Source of the DNA: the human T2T-CHM13v2.0 reference genome, Homo sapiens
Assembly (NCBI RefSeq): GCF_009914755.1
Contig: NC_060925.1
Reading direction: 5' to 3' (one strand)
Length of the DNA: 64,000 nucleotides
Below, piece by piece: positions 32,311 through 55,093 of this stretch. Both the position numbers and the translations under genes were made by a program. The notes under the pieces are model-generated. The model did no database searches, was not told where the DNA came from, and saw nothing but the letters and a program-made list of their open reading frames with translations. Position 1 is the first letter of the stretch. Every line of letters starts with the position of its first letter.

Positions 32311-33269
32311 GAGGCCTTGCAGCCCTTCCCCCTTTTCCTGAGTAATGCTCCTGAGAGCAGAGGTGGGCAGCCTGCCCCACCCCTTCTATAGCCAGGCTGA
32401 ATCCACACCCTCTCTATAATTCAGGAGGAAAAATTACCTATAATCTTTTTATTACTCCTTTGTCACTGAGTCCAGACTGGGATTTACTGCATGCTTGCCA
32501 TTCATAGCCTGCCCGTCCTCTCCCTCATGAGCTCTGACAACCCTGCTAAAGGAGATAGGGAAAAAAGATGCTTTGCTTAAGGAAAGAAGGGGAACTTTGC
32601 CAGCATTCAATAATTAAATTTTCTTGATGTTATCTTCTTTCTGAGTATTCACTGACTAGTCTTTAGCCAAGATGATCATTACAGAAGGGTCGGGATACCC
32701 CGGGGGAAGAGCCACACCTGCCTCTTTGGAGATAGCCGCCCAGAGAGGCTGAGAATCTAACGCCACTCAGCATTTTACCTGCAATGTCATTCTTCCGTTG
32801 TGCCTGTGGGACTGGTTTTCACTGCTTGGGACTTTAGGTCCTTAGTCTCTATGTATTGATCTATCAAAATCCATCAGATCTCTTAGGGGTACCCCATTCC
32901 AGTCTGCTTTCTTGGCCGTTTCAGTGATACAGTCCTTTGTCCTTTGGCTCTGCCCAAAATTTATGTTGTCTCTGTTGTCAACCTTTCTATTCTCACCCAG
33001 GCTGTCAAGAGTAGGTGGAGAAAGTCTTGGAAAATACAGAGTTCGTGCTATCTAACTTCAACTGTACTGCAGTGTTACCTGGCAATCTTTTCATTTTCAT
33101 CTCATATTAATAGCCTATACATTCCCCCCACCCTAGTGTCTATTCCTCTTATCCTTAAGTCTGAAGACAGAGTCCTGAAATGGGCACTAGAGTCTCAGCA
33201 ATTCACAAGAGAGAAATGGGTGCTGTGCTAGTGAAAGTAACACTCAAGGCCGGGCGCCACATGAACACT

Positions 33270-34822
<1,553 letters not shown>

Positions 34823-35029
34823 TCTCTTAACTTTAATATTTCTCCAGATATGCTCCCCTTTCTTCTTCCTCCTGCCTGGGATTTAGGACCCTTGTTGATC
34901 TCGGTTCACATATTTTCAGCCTTATACCCTCCGGCTTTCCTTTATAGATCTTTGGTTCTAGTCAGAAAAATATATCGCTTATTCTCTGAACACTCCTTGA
35001 ACGTCTTAGTTCTTCATTCTTTGCTGCGT

Positions 35030-35445
35030 CTCTGAGCTTCCATGTGGAGGTCATTGATCTTCAGCCCAAAAAACACCCTATGGAATTTCTCTGAGTTGGG
35101 GGGGCCTGCTCTTGGAGAACTCTCTCAGCTTCCGCTAATCTGAAAATGTCTTTTTCTTATTTTCATTAATAAAGGATACTTTCTCTGGGTAGAAAATTTG
35201 TTTTAGCAGTTATTTTGTCTTCCAGCACTTTGGTGATATCATTTCTCTTCCTTTAGGTTCTGTTAGAGCTATTGAATTCTTTCTTCTCATTTTGGGACTC
35301 CAAAAAAACACGGTAGACCTTTCAAGCATGTCATATCTGCTTTTTATTATTTCTTCTGTATCTTGCTTCTTTTTATTTCTATGGCTTCTTTGTGGATAGT
35401 TACCTCTGACCAATCTTCCACTTCACCAATTCGCTTGTTTTCCTA
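35030..35445 (-). mobile_element. Old L1M fragment
   Basis: AAGGATACTTTCTCTGGGTAGAAAATT...TTCCAGCACTTTG antisense L1M-like motifs. Confidence 0.55.
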
Positions 35446-35467
35446 ATTTTTTTTTTTTTTTTTTTTA

Positions 35468-36555
<1,088 letters not shown>

Positions 36556-36559
36556 TTCT

Positions 36560-37220
36560 GATTTAAGGTGCAATAAAATGCATATATTTAAAGTGAACAA
36601 TTTTATGAGTTTTGACACATGTACACCCATGAATCCATTAATATAATTAAAATAATGGACATTTCCAGCACACTCAAAAGTTTCCTCATGCTCCCTTATA
36701 ATCTATTCCTCCCTTCACCCCCATGTCCAGGCAACCACTGGTCCACTATCTATTATTATAGACTAGTTGCATTTTCTAGAATTTTATATATGGAATCATA
36801 TGGCTTGCTCCAATCCTGTATCTTCTCTATACCATCATTGTAGGATAACCCTTTTTCTCTCTCCAGTATTGGCATCCCTGTTTCCTGAATGCTCTGTTTC
36901 CTATTCTTTTGTCTGTTTTATTCCATTGTTTTGATCAACCAAGTCTTCTCACAATTTTTTGAGAACTTGGATATTTTTATTCCACCTGTATATTTGATAG
37001 TTTGATAGGTAGATTGTGTGGCTGGGTATAAAAGTCTAGATTGCAAAAATGTTTCCACAGACTTTTGAAGACATTATTATACCACCTTCAATTTCCCAGT
37101 ATTGTTAGCACTAAGACTGATTCTGTCCTAGGCTTTGTAACTGTAATTTTCTTTCTTTGGAAGCATTGCTTTCATTCTTGGTGTTCTGAAATTCCATGTG
37201 ATGTACTTTGGATGGGCGTT
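36560..37220 (-). mobile_element. L1M fragments
   Basis: CCAGGCAACCACTGG...TTGCATTTTCTAGAATTTTATATATGGAATCATA antisense L1MC/ME 3' motif. Confidence 0.65.
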
Positions 37221-37221
37221 T

Positions 37222-38020
37222 TCTTGTTGTTGTTGTTGTTGTTGTTTTTGAGGCAGAGTCTCTCTCTGTCACCCAGGCTGGAGTGCAGTGGTGCGATCTT
37301 GGCTCACTGTAACCTCTACCTCCTGATTCAAGCGATTCTCCTGCATCAGCCTCCCGAGTAGCTGGGATTACAGGCGTCTGCCACCATGCCAGCCTAATTT
37401 TTGTAGTTTTAGTAGAGACGGGGTTTCACCACATTGGCCAGGCTGGTGTTGAACTCCTTACCTCTGGTGATCTGCCTGCCTTGGCCTCCCAAATTGCTGG
37501 GATTACAGGTGTGAGCCACTGCGCCCAGCCATGTTTTGGTCTTTTTTTGCGGGGCGGACTTCCCTCAGAGCTCTAGTAGTCTTTGGCTGTCTATTCATCG
37601 CAGCTCCATGTGCATGTTTGAAGCTATTCTTCTGGTGAGTGTCATGAAGAGTCATTAGGTCAGGTCCCCAGATGTTAGATCTGTAGATTTTCTTCCCCCT
37701 TGGGTGGATCAGTTTTATTTATTTATTATTATTATTTTTTGAGATGGAGTCTCGCTCTGTCACCCAGGCTGGAGTGCAGTGGCGCAATCTCGGCTCACTG
37801 CAAGCTCTGCCTCCCGAGTTCACGCCATTCTCCTGCCTCAGCCTCCCAGTAGCTGGGACCACAGGCGCCCACCACCATGCCCGGCTAATTTTTCATATTT
37901 TTAGTAGAGGCAGGGTTTCACCGTGTTAGCAAGGATGGTCTCGAGCTCCTGACCTCATGATCCACCCGCCTTGATCTCCCAAAGTGCTGGGATTACAGGC
38001 GTGAGCCACCGCGCCCGGCC
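37222..38020 (-). mobile_element. AluS with a (TTG)n tail (37222-37530) and AluY (37712-38020)
   Basis: Alu consensus; AluY TSD TGGATCAGTTTT. Confidence 0.9.
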
Positions 38021-38652
38021 GATGGATCAGTTTTCCCAGAGAGTTTTCCTCCTTTCTCCTGCCTGGGGAAGGTAAAAGCCCTGCAGGGGAAGGATCTGGG
38101 AATAGCATCTCAGTACCCAAATGTTCACAAAATTCCCTTTTTTGGAACAATATCTGGTGTCTAGCTATGTTTTGATATTGAGGCTCCAAAGTCTTCCTTT
38201 GGAGTTAATAAACTTCCCTTAGTGGTGGAGGTGGTGTAGTTGCATGGCTGCGTGGGCTGGGAAAGGAGATCTGGGGTTCTTATCTATTCTTTTTAAAGAC
38301 TATCATCAACACTGCTGCTCAGCCTCCGATTCCTGACCACTCCTGGGTCCCGCAGCACAAACCAGCTTACTTTCCAGGTGGCACGGGCCCCTCCATTTTA
38401 CATCTTCCAAAATTTCATTGATGTCTTTTGTCTGATATCATCTTCTCTTCCATTCCTTTTGTCCATAAGCATTTATAAATGTTTCTTTTTTTTAAAATTT
38501 TACTGAGATTTCTGGAGGGAACAAATGTAAGCTCTGGCATGAGTTTTCATCAGGAATAATGAAAGTCCCTTTGTACAACATAATATTATGCCACTTGTCC
38601 ATTTGTACAACTTATATTTCATTTCCAAATTTCCTTCATTTAGAAATTTATT

Positions 38653-39284
<632 letters not shown>

Positions 39285-39483
39285 TCATTAGTCTGTAAAC
39301 ACCTTGAGAAAAGTGGTTGAAATATTTCTATTTCCAGCAGCATTGTGTGCCTAGCATACAATCAGTTCTTCGCGCATGTACCTGAAGGAATGTATTTAAT
39401 GTACATAGTTCCCCCTCATCCACAGTTTCACCCTCTCAGGTTTCGGTTACCCATGATCAACTGCAGTTTGAAAACATTAAATG

Positions 39484-39782
39484 AGCCAAGCATGGTGGCT
39501 CATGCCTGTAATTCCAGCACTTTGGAAGGTTGAGGTAAGTGGATCCCTTGAGTCCAAGAGTTCAAGAGTGGCCTGGGTAACATGGCAAAACCTCGTCTCT
39601 GCAAAAAATACGAAAATTAGCCGGGTGTGGTGGCATGCGCTTGTCATCTCAGCTGCTTGGGGGGCTTAGGTGGGAGGATGGCTTATGCCCAGGAGATGGA
39701 GGCTGCAGTGAGCTCTGATGGTACCACTGCCCTCCAGCCTGGGCAATGGAGTGAGACCTCGTCTTAAAGAAAAGAAAAGAAA
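39484..39782 (+). mobile_element. AluJ in MER44
   Basis: ATTAAATG duplicated at the flanks. Confidence 0.88.
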
Positions 39783-39812
39783 TATATATTAAATGTGAAA
39801 TTCTAGAAATAA

Positions 39813-40122
<310 letters not shown>

Positions 40123-40141
40123 GAAATAATCCATGAGTTTT

Positions 40142-41995
40142 TTTTTTTAATTTAATTTAATTTTATTATTATTATTATTATTTTTTTTATTGCTCATTCT
40201 TGGGTGTTTCTCGCAGAAGGGGATTTGGCAGGGTCACAGGACAATAGTGGAGGGAAGGTCAGCAGATAAACAAGTGAACAAAGGTCTCTGGTTTTCCTAG
40301 GCAGAGGACCCTGCGGCCTTCCGCAGTGTTTGTGTCCCTGGGTACTTGAGATTAGGGAGTGGTGATGACTCTTAAGGAGCATGCTGCCTTCAAGCATCTG
40401 TTTAACAAAGCACATCTTGCACCACCCTTAATCCATTCAACCCTGAGTGGATACAGCACATGTTTCAGAGAGCACAGGGTTGGGGGTAAGGTCACCGATC
40501 AACAGGATCCCAAGGCAGAAGAATTTTTCTCAGTACAGAACAAAATGAAAAGTCTCCCACGTCTACCTCTTTCTACACAGACACGGCAACCATCCGATTT
40601 CTCAATCTTTTCCCCACCTTTCCCCTCTTTCTATTCTACAAAACCGCCATTGTCATCATGGCCTGTTCTCAATGAGCTGTTGGGTACACCTCCCAGACGG
40701 GGTGGTGGCCGGGCAGAGGGCTCCTCACTTCCCAGTAGGCGCGGCCGGGCAGAGGCGCCCCTCACCTCCCGACGGGGCGGCTGGCCGGACGGGGGCTGAC
40801 CCCCCCCACCTCCCTCCTGGACGGGGTGGCTGGCCGGGCAGAGGGGCTCCTCACTTCCCAGTAGGGGCGGCCGGGCAGAGGCGCCCCTCACCTCCCGGAC
40901 AGGGCAGCTGGCCGGGCGGGGGGCTGACCCCCCCACCTCCCTCCCTCCCAGACAGGGCGGTTGGCCGGGCGAGGGGCTGACCCCCCCACCTCCCTCCCGG
41001 ACGGGGCGGCTGGCCGGGTGGGGGGCTGACCCCCTCACCTCCCTCCCGGACGGAGCGGCTGGCCGGGCAGAGGGGCTCCTCAGTTCCCAGTAGGGGCGGC
41101 CGGGCAGAGGCGCCCCTCACCTGCCGGACGGGGCGGCTGGCCGGGCGGGGGGCTGACCCCCCCCACCTCCCTCCTGGACGAGGTGGCTGCCAGGCGGAGA
41201 CGCTCCTCACTTCTCAGACGGGGCGGCTGCCGGGCGGAGGGACTCCTCACTTCTCAGACGGGGCATCCGGGCAGAGATGCTCCTCACATCCCGGACGGGG
41301 CGGCAGGGCAGAGGTGCTCCCCACATCTCAGACGATGGGCGGCCGGGCAGAGACGCTCCTCACTTCCCAGATGTGATGGCGGCCGGGAAGAGGCGCTCCT
41401 CACTTCCTAGATGGGATGGCCGCCGGGCAGAGACGCTCCTCACTTTCCAGACTGGGCAGCCAGGCAGAGGGGCTCCTCACATCCCAGACAATGGGCGGCC
41501 AGGCGGAGACGCTCCTCACTTCCCAGACGGGGTGGGGGCCGGGCAGAGGCTGCAATCTCGGCACTTTGGGAGGCCAAGGCAGGCTGCTGGGAGGTGGAGG
41601 TTGTAGCGGGCCGAGATCACGCCACTGCACTCCAGCCTGGGCACCATTGAGCATTGAGTGAACGAGACTCCGTCTGCAATCCTGGCACCTCGGGAGGCCG
41701 AGGCTGGCGGATCACTCGCGGTTAGGAGCTGGAGACCAGCCCGGCCAACACAGCGAATCCCCGTCACCACCAAAAAAATACGAAAACCAGTCAGGCGTGG
41801 CGGCGCGTGCCTGCAATCACAGGCACTCCGCAAGCTGAGGCAGGAGAATCAGGCAGGGAGGTTGCAGTGAGCCGAGATGGCAGCAGTACCATCCAGCTTC
41901 GGCTCAGCATCAGAGGGAGACCGTGGAAAGAGAGGGAGAGGGAGACCGTGGGGAGAGGGAGAGGGAGAGGGAGACCGTGGGGAGAGGGAGAGGGG
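40142..41995 (-). mobile_element. Full-length SVA retrotransposon (SVA_D-like)
   Basis: On the minus strand: (CCCTCT)n head ~41995-41925, Alu-like domain, GC-rich VNTR ~41550-40695, SINE-R ~40690-40190, AATAAA and A-rich tail. TSD ATAATCCATGAGTTTT at 40126-40141 and 41996-42011. Confidence 0.96.
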
Positions 41996-42680
41996 ATAAT
42001 CCATGAGTTTTAAGCTGTGCACCATTCTGGGCAGCGTGATGAGATCTCTCGCTGTAAGCTTGATCCCGTCTGCAACGTGAATCCTCCCTTTGTCCAGCGC
42101 ATCCAGGCTCTACCTGCTGGTTAGTCACTTAGCCATCTTGGTTGTCAGAGCTACTGTCATGGTATCACCGTGTTTGTGTTCAAGAAACCCTTGTAGTACT
42201 TAACATTGGCCCCAACTTGCAAGAGTAGTGATGCTGGCACATTGTTATAATTGTCCTATTTATTATTACTTATTGTTAATTGCTTACTGTGCCTAATATA
42301 TAAATTAAACTTTATCATAGGCATGTAGTCTGTAGGAAAAAACAATATACATAGGGATGGGTACTATCTGAGGCTTCAGGCATCCGCTGGGGATCTTGGA
42401 ACATATCCCCTGTGAATAAGAGGGGACTACTGTATGCTAAAACGGGGAGGAGAGAAAGAGCTGGAAACAAAAAAATGATGGAAGTGGAGAAGCCAGGAGA
42501 TGTTTTCATTCACTGATAGGCAGAGGAACAGAGTTCAGATTTGAGTACCAAGGACCCCCCAGGAGCAGAACATTGCCAAGGAAAGCCCTAAGTCCCTCTT
42601 CCTGAACTGGGGTAGATCAGCCTTCTCCTCAGCATCGCTGATCTCGGGAAGCACATGGCTCTGCCATTTGGTAAGCTTCG

Positions 42681-42890
42681 TGTCTTAGTCCGTTTGGGCT
42701 GCCATAACCAAAGACTATAGATTGGGTGGCTTCAACAACAGACATTTATTCCTCACAGTTCTGGAGGCTGGACAACTCCAAGACCATGGCGCTGGCAGAT
42801 GTGGTGTCTGGTGAGGGCTGGCTTTTTGGTTTACGTCTGTCTTCTGTTTCCTCATATGGCAGAAGGGCTGAGGTGCCTCTCCAGGGCCCC
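42681..42890 (-). mobile_element. MaLR LTR fragment (MST/MLT1A-like)
   Basis: TGTCTTAGTCCGTTTGGGCTGCCATAAC...CACAGTTCTGGAGGCTGG. Confidence 0.75.
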
Positions 42891-43590
<700 letters not shown>

Positions 43591-43609
43591 TTATGAAAAT
43601 ATTGAGAGT

Positions 43610-43780
43610 CCTTGGGGTGGAAAATGGAGGTGTTCTTGTCTAATGGGTATAGGGTTTCAGTTTTGCAAGATGAGAGTTCTGGATATTGATTTCACAACAA
43701 TGTGAATGTACTTAGTGTTACTGAACTGTACACTTAAAAATGGTTAAGATGGTAAGTTTTATGTGTATTATGATTAAAAA
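43610..43780 (+). mobile_element. L1MB-like 3' end
   Basis: GGGTTTCAGTTTTGCAAGATGA...ACTGAACTGTACACTTAAAAATGGTTAAGATGGTAA. Confidence 0.8.
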
Positions 43781-44094
43781 ATATATATATATATGGAGCC
43801 TTGACCCCTTGACTTTGGGTGGCTTTTTAATCCAGATACTTTGCTTCTATTTTTATTGTCATCTGGAAAGCCAAGCTGTAAGCAGAAATGCTACTGGTTA
43901 GTAAGAGATAGAAAGTTCTGGAACTCAGCAGAGTCACCATTGCTTAGTGCCATACCTGTTCACAGTGCTCACAGCTGGCATTACTAAATGAGTTTTCAAC
44001 TTTAGAGAAGCACAGCTTTGATTGTATACAGTGGCTGGCCAAGGACTCAGGTCTTCAGTGTTAAAGCTGAAGACGCTTCTCGTGAGGCCGGGAG

Positions 44095-44310
44095 AGGGTT
44101 CCCAATCTCAGCACTATTGACATTTTGGGCTGGATAAGTCCTTGTTGTAGGAACTGATCTATGCATTGAAGGCTATTTAGCAGCATGCCTGGCTTCTACT
44201 CATCAGATTCTAGCAGCACCAGTCCCCGGGTGTGGCAGCCAAAAAATGTCTCCAGACATTGCCAAAACCCCCTGGGCACACAAAATTGCCCCTGGTTGAG
44301 GACCACAGGT
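44095..44310 (+). mobile_element. MER20
   Basis: CTCAGCACTATTGACATTTTGGGCTGGATAA...AAAAATGTCTCCAGACATTGCCAAA. Confidence 0.8.
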
Positions 44311-44446
44311 GATGAAGCTGTCGGTCTCAATACACACTTCTCTTCTCCAACACTGGCTTTTCCTACTGCGCCACTGTGAGCAAAGATTTCTAGCTTCTAG
44401 AATAAAATGAATTGAAAGAGAAAAATATTTAAGCTAACATTTAAAG

Positions 44447-44961
44447 CAAGCTTGTCCAACCCGTGGCCCGTGGGTTGCATGCAGCCCAGGACGATTTTGA
44501 ATGTGGTCCAACACAAATTTGTAAACTTTCTTAAAACATTATGAGATGTCTTTGCTTTTTTTTTGACGGAATCTCACTCTGTTGCCCAGGCTGGAGTGCA
44601 GTGGCATGATCTTGGCTCACTGCAATCTCTGCCTCCTGGGTTCAAGTGATGCTCCTGCCTTAGCCTCCTGAATAGCTGGGACTACAGGCATGTGCCACCA
44701 CGCCCGGCTAATTTTTGTATTTTTAGTAGAGATGGGGTTTCACCATCTTGGCCAGGCTGGTCTTGAACTCCTGACCTCAGGTAATCTGCCTGCCTCGGCC
44801 TCCCAAAGTGCTGGGATTACAGCTGTAAATTACGGTGCCTGGCCTTTTTTTTTTTTTTGCTGAAGCACATCAGCTATTGTTAGTGTTTAGTATATTTTAT
44901 GTGTGGCCCAAGACAATCCTAACAATGTGGCCCAGGGAAGCCAAAAGACGGGACACCCCTG
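44447..44961 (+). mobile_element. MER30 hAT MITE with an antisense Alu (44556-44845) inside
   Basis: Perfect 8-bp TSD ATTTAAAG at 44439-44446 and 44962-44969. Confidence 0.85.
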
Positions 44962-45107
44962 ATTTAAAGAATGCTTACAATGTGCCAGATACTGCACTGT
45001 GCTACCTGATTAATGATCTCATTTAATCTTTTCAACAATTATCTGATGTAATTATAGACAGCCTCATTTTACAGTTGAGGAAACTGGGGTTTAGAGAAGT
45101 TGAATAA

Positions 45108-45419
<312 letters not shown>

Positions 45420-45889
45420 TTGAGTACTCGTTCCAGCTCACGGAGCTAGTAAATAGAAAGACCAGGATTCAGACTCAGGTTTGTATCTTTCAATGACTGT
45501 TTTTATGTTTCCTTGGTTTATTTATGTTTTCTCTTTGAGATTAACTTATATGATGATGTTTCAGAGGACTTTTAGCCATAGGTGTGATAACACCAGCTTG
45601 ATTTTAGAATTCCCTGGGATATGCGGCGTGTAGATGTTATCTGTGACCCATGAAGGTAGAGAATGTTTTATCGGCCACTCAACAGCTCTGACTCTTAAGA
45701 TAAAGTCTCTATGAGTTAGGAGGTAAGTACATTACTGCCTACATCACTGCCCCTCTGGGAAAAATGTCGGTTAAGGGGCCACAGCACTGGTCCCCTTCCC
45801 AGTTGTAATAATGCTTGCATGTCCCTTAACCAGCAGAGGGCAGACTTGTGGTCCCAATGAACAGAAGCGTACAAAGAGACTGCACTTGA

Positions 45890-47025
<1,136 letters not shown>

Positions 47026-47629
47026 TAGTCTTGGTTTTTCATTGTGAAGATGATCCTGGGCCTGAAAGTATTCCAGGAGCAAAGCCTGTTTCTGCCATGC
47101 GGGACACCATCAAGGAGAGGGTTTTCCTCTGCACCCTCCTTTTTGGTAGGTTCTCAGGGGTTCAGTGCCATGACTGCGAAGTCAGACCATGTGTTCAGGC
47201 CCCAGCATGCTACAGGAGGCCCCAGCACGCTACTGGAAGCAGGATGCTGGATCTAGAAGGTGATGGATGTATTAACATGAGGAAAGTCACTCACGTTTTT
47301 ACCTCATGTAAAAGGAAATTACCAAGAGAATCTGCAGCCAAAATCCTGTCCAGACTGAAACTCTGATGAACTTACCCAAATCTTCCCTTTCCCAGGCTTT
47401 CCTGCATGACAGTTCCAGGAAGATTCAACAAAAGCCACGGCTTCTCTGAGTTTGTTGTTTCCTGGAGAAACAAGCTTTCACCTGCCACCTGGCCCTCTGT
47501 AGCTGCTTATAAATACAGATGTGGGTGGCAGAGTCATGCCAATCATGATAAGCTGTTCATACAGAGGCTTTTCACTCACTGTCCGTGTTACCAACAGTAT
47601 CTTAGTAGAGTCAAGAGTTTTGTTTTTAA

Positions 47630-48978
<1,349 letters not shown>

Positions 48979-49027
48979 TGGAATGTGAATTTTTATAGTT
49001 GCCACGGCAAAGTCTCCTGTTATATGG

Positions 49028-49462
49028 GTATAGTGGGTTGAATCGTGGCTCCCAAAAGTGATGTCCAAGTCCTAACCCCCAGAACATGAGAAAGGGACCG
49101 TATTTCGAGAATGGGTCTTTGCAGATGTAATGAAGGATCTTGATATCATTCTGGATTGAGGATGGACTCTAGCTCCACTGACAGGTGTCCTTATGAGAAA
49201 AAGGTAGAGGCAGATTTGAGACACAGACACAGGGGAGACGGCCATGAGAAGACAGAGGCAGAGATTGGAGTGAAGCAACCACAGGCCAACAAGTCACCGA
49301 TACCAGAAGAAGCAAGGAAGGAGTCTGTCCTACAGTCTTCAAAGGGAGCGTGGATCTACTGACACCCAGATTTTGGACTTCTGACCTCCAGAGCGGTAAG
49401 AAAATAAATTTCTATTGTTTTAGGCTACCAAGTTTATTACAGCAGGCTCAGGAAACTAATAC
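49028..49462 (+). mobile_element. MLT1C/D-like MaLR LTR
   Basis: GTGGGTTGAAT...GGTCTTTGCAGATGTAAT...AATAAATTTCTATTGTTTTA...GGAAACTAATAC. Confidence 0.8.
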
Positions 49463-49710
49463 TCTAGGTGACGTCTGCTCCTCCACCCCATGCCTCTGCA
49501 TGCTTGGGTTACAACAGAGAGTGCTTTCCCCTTGGTTGAACAACACTTTTTTTCTTGAGAAAAGAAAACATAAGGGTAAAGCAGTTTTTGGAAGGGTTAC
49601 TCAGCCAGCTAGATCGTCAGAATCAACTCTGGTAGGAGTGGGCCACAAACATCCATCCTAGGGCATCCGGAGAGAGTCATTCTCCCTAACAATAGCTCTG
49701 GGCATGGCTC

Positions 49711-50095
49711 TGTATTCGTCTGTTCTTGCATTGCTATAAAGAACTACCTGAGACTGGGTCATTTATAAAGAAAAGAGGTTAAATTGGCTCACGGTTCCAC
49801 AGGCTGTACAGGAAGCATGGTTGGGAGGCCTCAGGAAACTTACAATCATGGCGGAAGGTGGAGGGCAAGCAGACACGTCCCACGTGACTGGAGCAGGAGG
49901 AAAAGAGAGCGAAGGGGGAGGTGCTGCACACTTTCAAACAACCAGATCTCACGAGAACTCACTCACTATCACGAGAACAGCAAGGGGGAAGTTTGCCCCC
50001 ATGATCCAATCACCTCCCGCCAGGCCCATCTTCCAACATTGGGGATTATAATTTGACATGAGATTTGGGCAGGGCCACAAATCCAAACCGTATCA
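49711..50095 (-). mobile_element. Complete solo MST (MSTA/B-like) LTR
   Basis: TG...CA ends with perfect 5-bp TSD GGCTC (49706-49710, 50096-50100). Confidence 0.9.
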
Positions 50096-51057
50096 GGCTC
50101 CACATTTTGTTTCTTTGTTTTTTTTTTTCCCTGTCCTTCCCTCTACCTGAAGCTCATTTGAAAGCAAGTTTCCATTGCTGCTATTCCTTCCTTACTTTGG
50201 TCAGAATCCTCTTTTTGTGGTATCATAAATGGTTTCCATGGAAACAAAAGGTTAGGATAGAACAGTGCCAATGTGCATGTAAACTTCAGAATTAAACAAG
50301 GGCTGTTGTTTTTGCCTGTCATGGAGTTCCGTTCATTCTGAACATGTCACCGGGGACTTTGGAATGTGTATCCATAACTCCCTGATTTTCAACCACATTC
50401 CAGCCTGCCTGACTCATGAAGCGTGGAGCGACCCAGGAACATCCCAGCTCCTCATGTCCCACATTCTTCAGGCTTTCTCTTAGTTTTGGCATGTGCATGT
50501 AAATGTCAACAGGTGAGGTGAGATTTGCTGTAAAGAAGCAGATGGTCCCACAGGGTAGGCTGTGGGAGAGATGGAAGTTCTAGCAGGAGATATCACAGCC
50601 AAAGACTAGCAATCTAGGCTTATCATTTGTTTAGTGCGTCAGAACCAGTGAGTCGAGGAGGAAAGGAGACCCAAGGCTATGTGGTTGCCCTCACGACTGG
50701 GAGTTTACATTTGCTTCCTGCCAGAACCAAGGACATAGCGACCGATGTGCACAGACTTCTCCAAGGTTGTTTAGTCATTGGCAAAAACAGGCCTTCACCC
50801 ATCCTTGAACTGGGTCCAAGTAACTGAGATGTGCCTGTAGTGGAGGAGCGCAGGTGGAGGTTCTGAGTCCCTGAAGCTCTGCATCTTTACTTTACAAGAG
50901 ATGCTGCCTGGGAGTTCTTACTTCAGAGTAAGAGGGGTGGCCATGTTATCACCCAGACTAGAACACTTTCCAGAGTGAGAAGAGCCGCTATTAATTATAG
51001 GGCAATGGCTAGAATCTGGTCTGTCCCTGGAGAAGAGGGACATCTGACAACCCTATC

Positions 51058-51356
51058 TTTATTTTATTTTTTTAGATGGAGTCTCGCTCTGTCACGCAGG
51101 CTGGAGCACAGTGGTGTGATCTTGGCTCACTGCAACCTCTGTCTCCTGGGTTGAACTGATTCTCCCGCCTCAGCCTCTCAAGTAGCTGGGACTACAGGCG
51201 CCCGCCACCAGGCCTGGCTAATATTTGTATTTTTGTAGAGATGGGGGTTTCACCATGTTAGCCAGGCTGGTCTCGAACTCCTGACCTCAGGTGATCTACC
51301 CGCCTCGGCCCCTCAAAGTGCTGGGATTACAGGCGTGAGCCATCACGCCCAGCTGG
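51058..51356 (-). mobile_element. AluS
   Basis: TSD AACCCTATCTTTA. Confidence 0.9.
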
Positions 51357-51579
51357 CTATAACCCTATCTTTAGGCCAACTTGTACCCGGCTCCACTATG
51401 GAACTCAGTGTCGAAGTGCCCGGGCTTCCTGCCCTGGTTCTGGAGATGGGTGGTGGCAATGGCTGCACAACAGTGTGAAGGTAGTAATGGCCACAGAACT
51501 GTGCCCTTCACAGTGGCTAAAAGAGCACATTTTATGTTATGTCTGTTGCACCCCAATGAAAACAAATAGCAAACGTTCT

Positions 51580-53250
<1,671 letters not shown>

Positions 53251-53597
53251 TCAGTCCCCTTGCAATGCTTCTCTAAGGTCGGCCTACATTTCACTTAATT
53301 CAGTGGCTCTCCACTGGGGGCGCTCTTCCCCTTGCAGGGGACATTTGGCAATAAATGAATAAATGGGGACATTTTTGGTTCTTACAAGGGAGGGGAGAGG
53401 TGCTACTGGCATCTAGCGGGTAGAGGCCTGAGATCCTGCTATTAATAAATACCCTATGTCATGCTCTGGAAAGCTTCCCATAACAAAAAATTGCCTGGAC
53501 AGATGTCAACTGTGCCGAGGCTGAGAACCCCGATCTACACTGATCATATTAGGAATGATCTGGTCTGCATTTAATATGAGGGAAGTCTTTTGAGGGC

Positions 53598-55093
<1,496 letters not shown>

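Noticed and set aside
40194-42013. Many 70-146 aa ORFs
   Set aside because: All lie in the SVA SINE-R, VNTR or Alu-like domains; SVA is non-coding.
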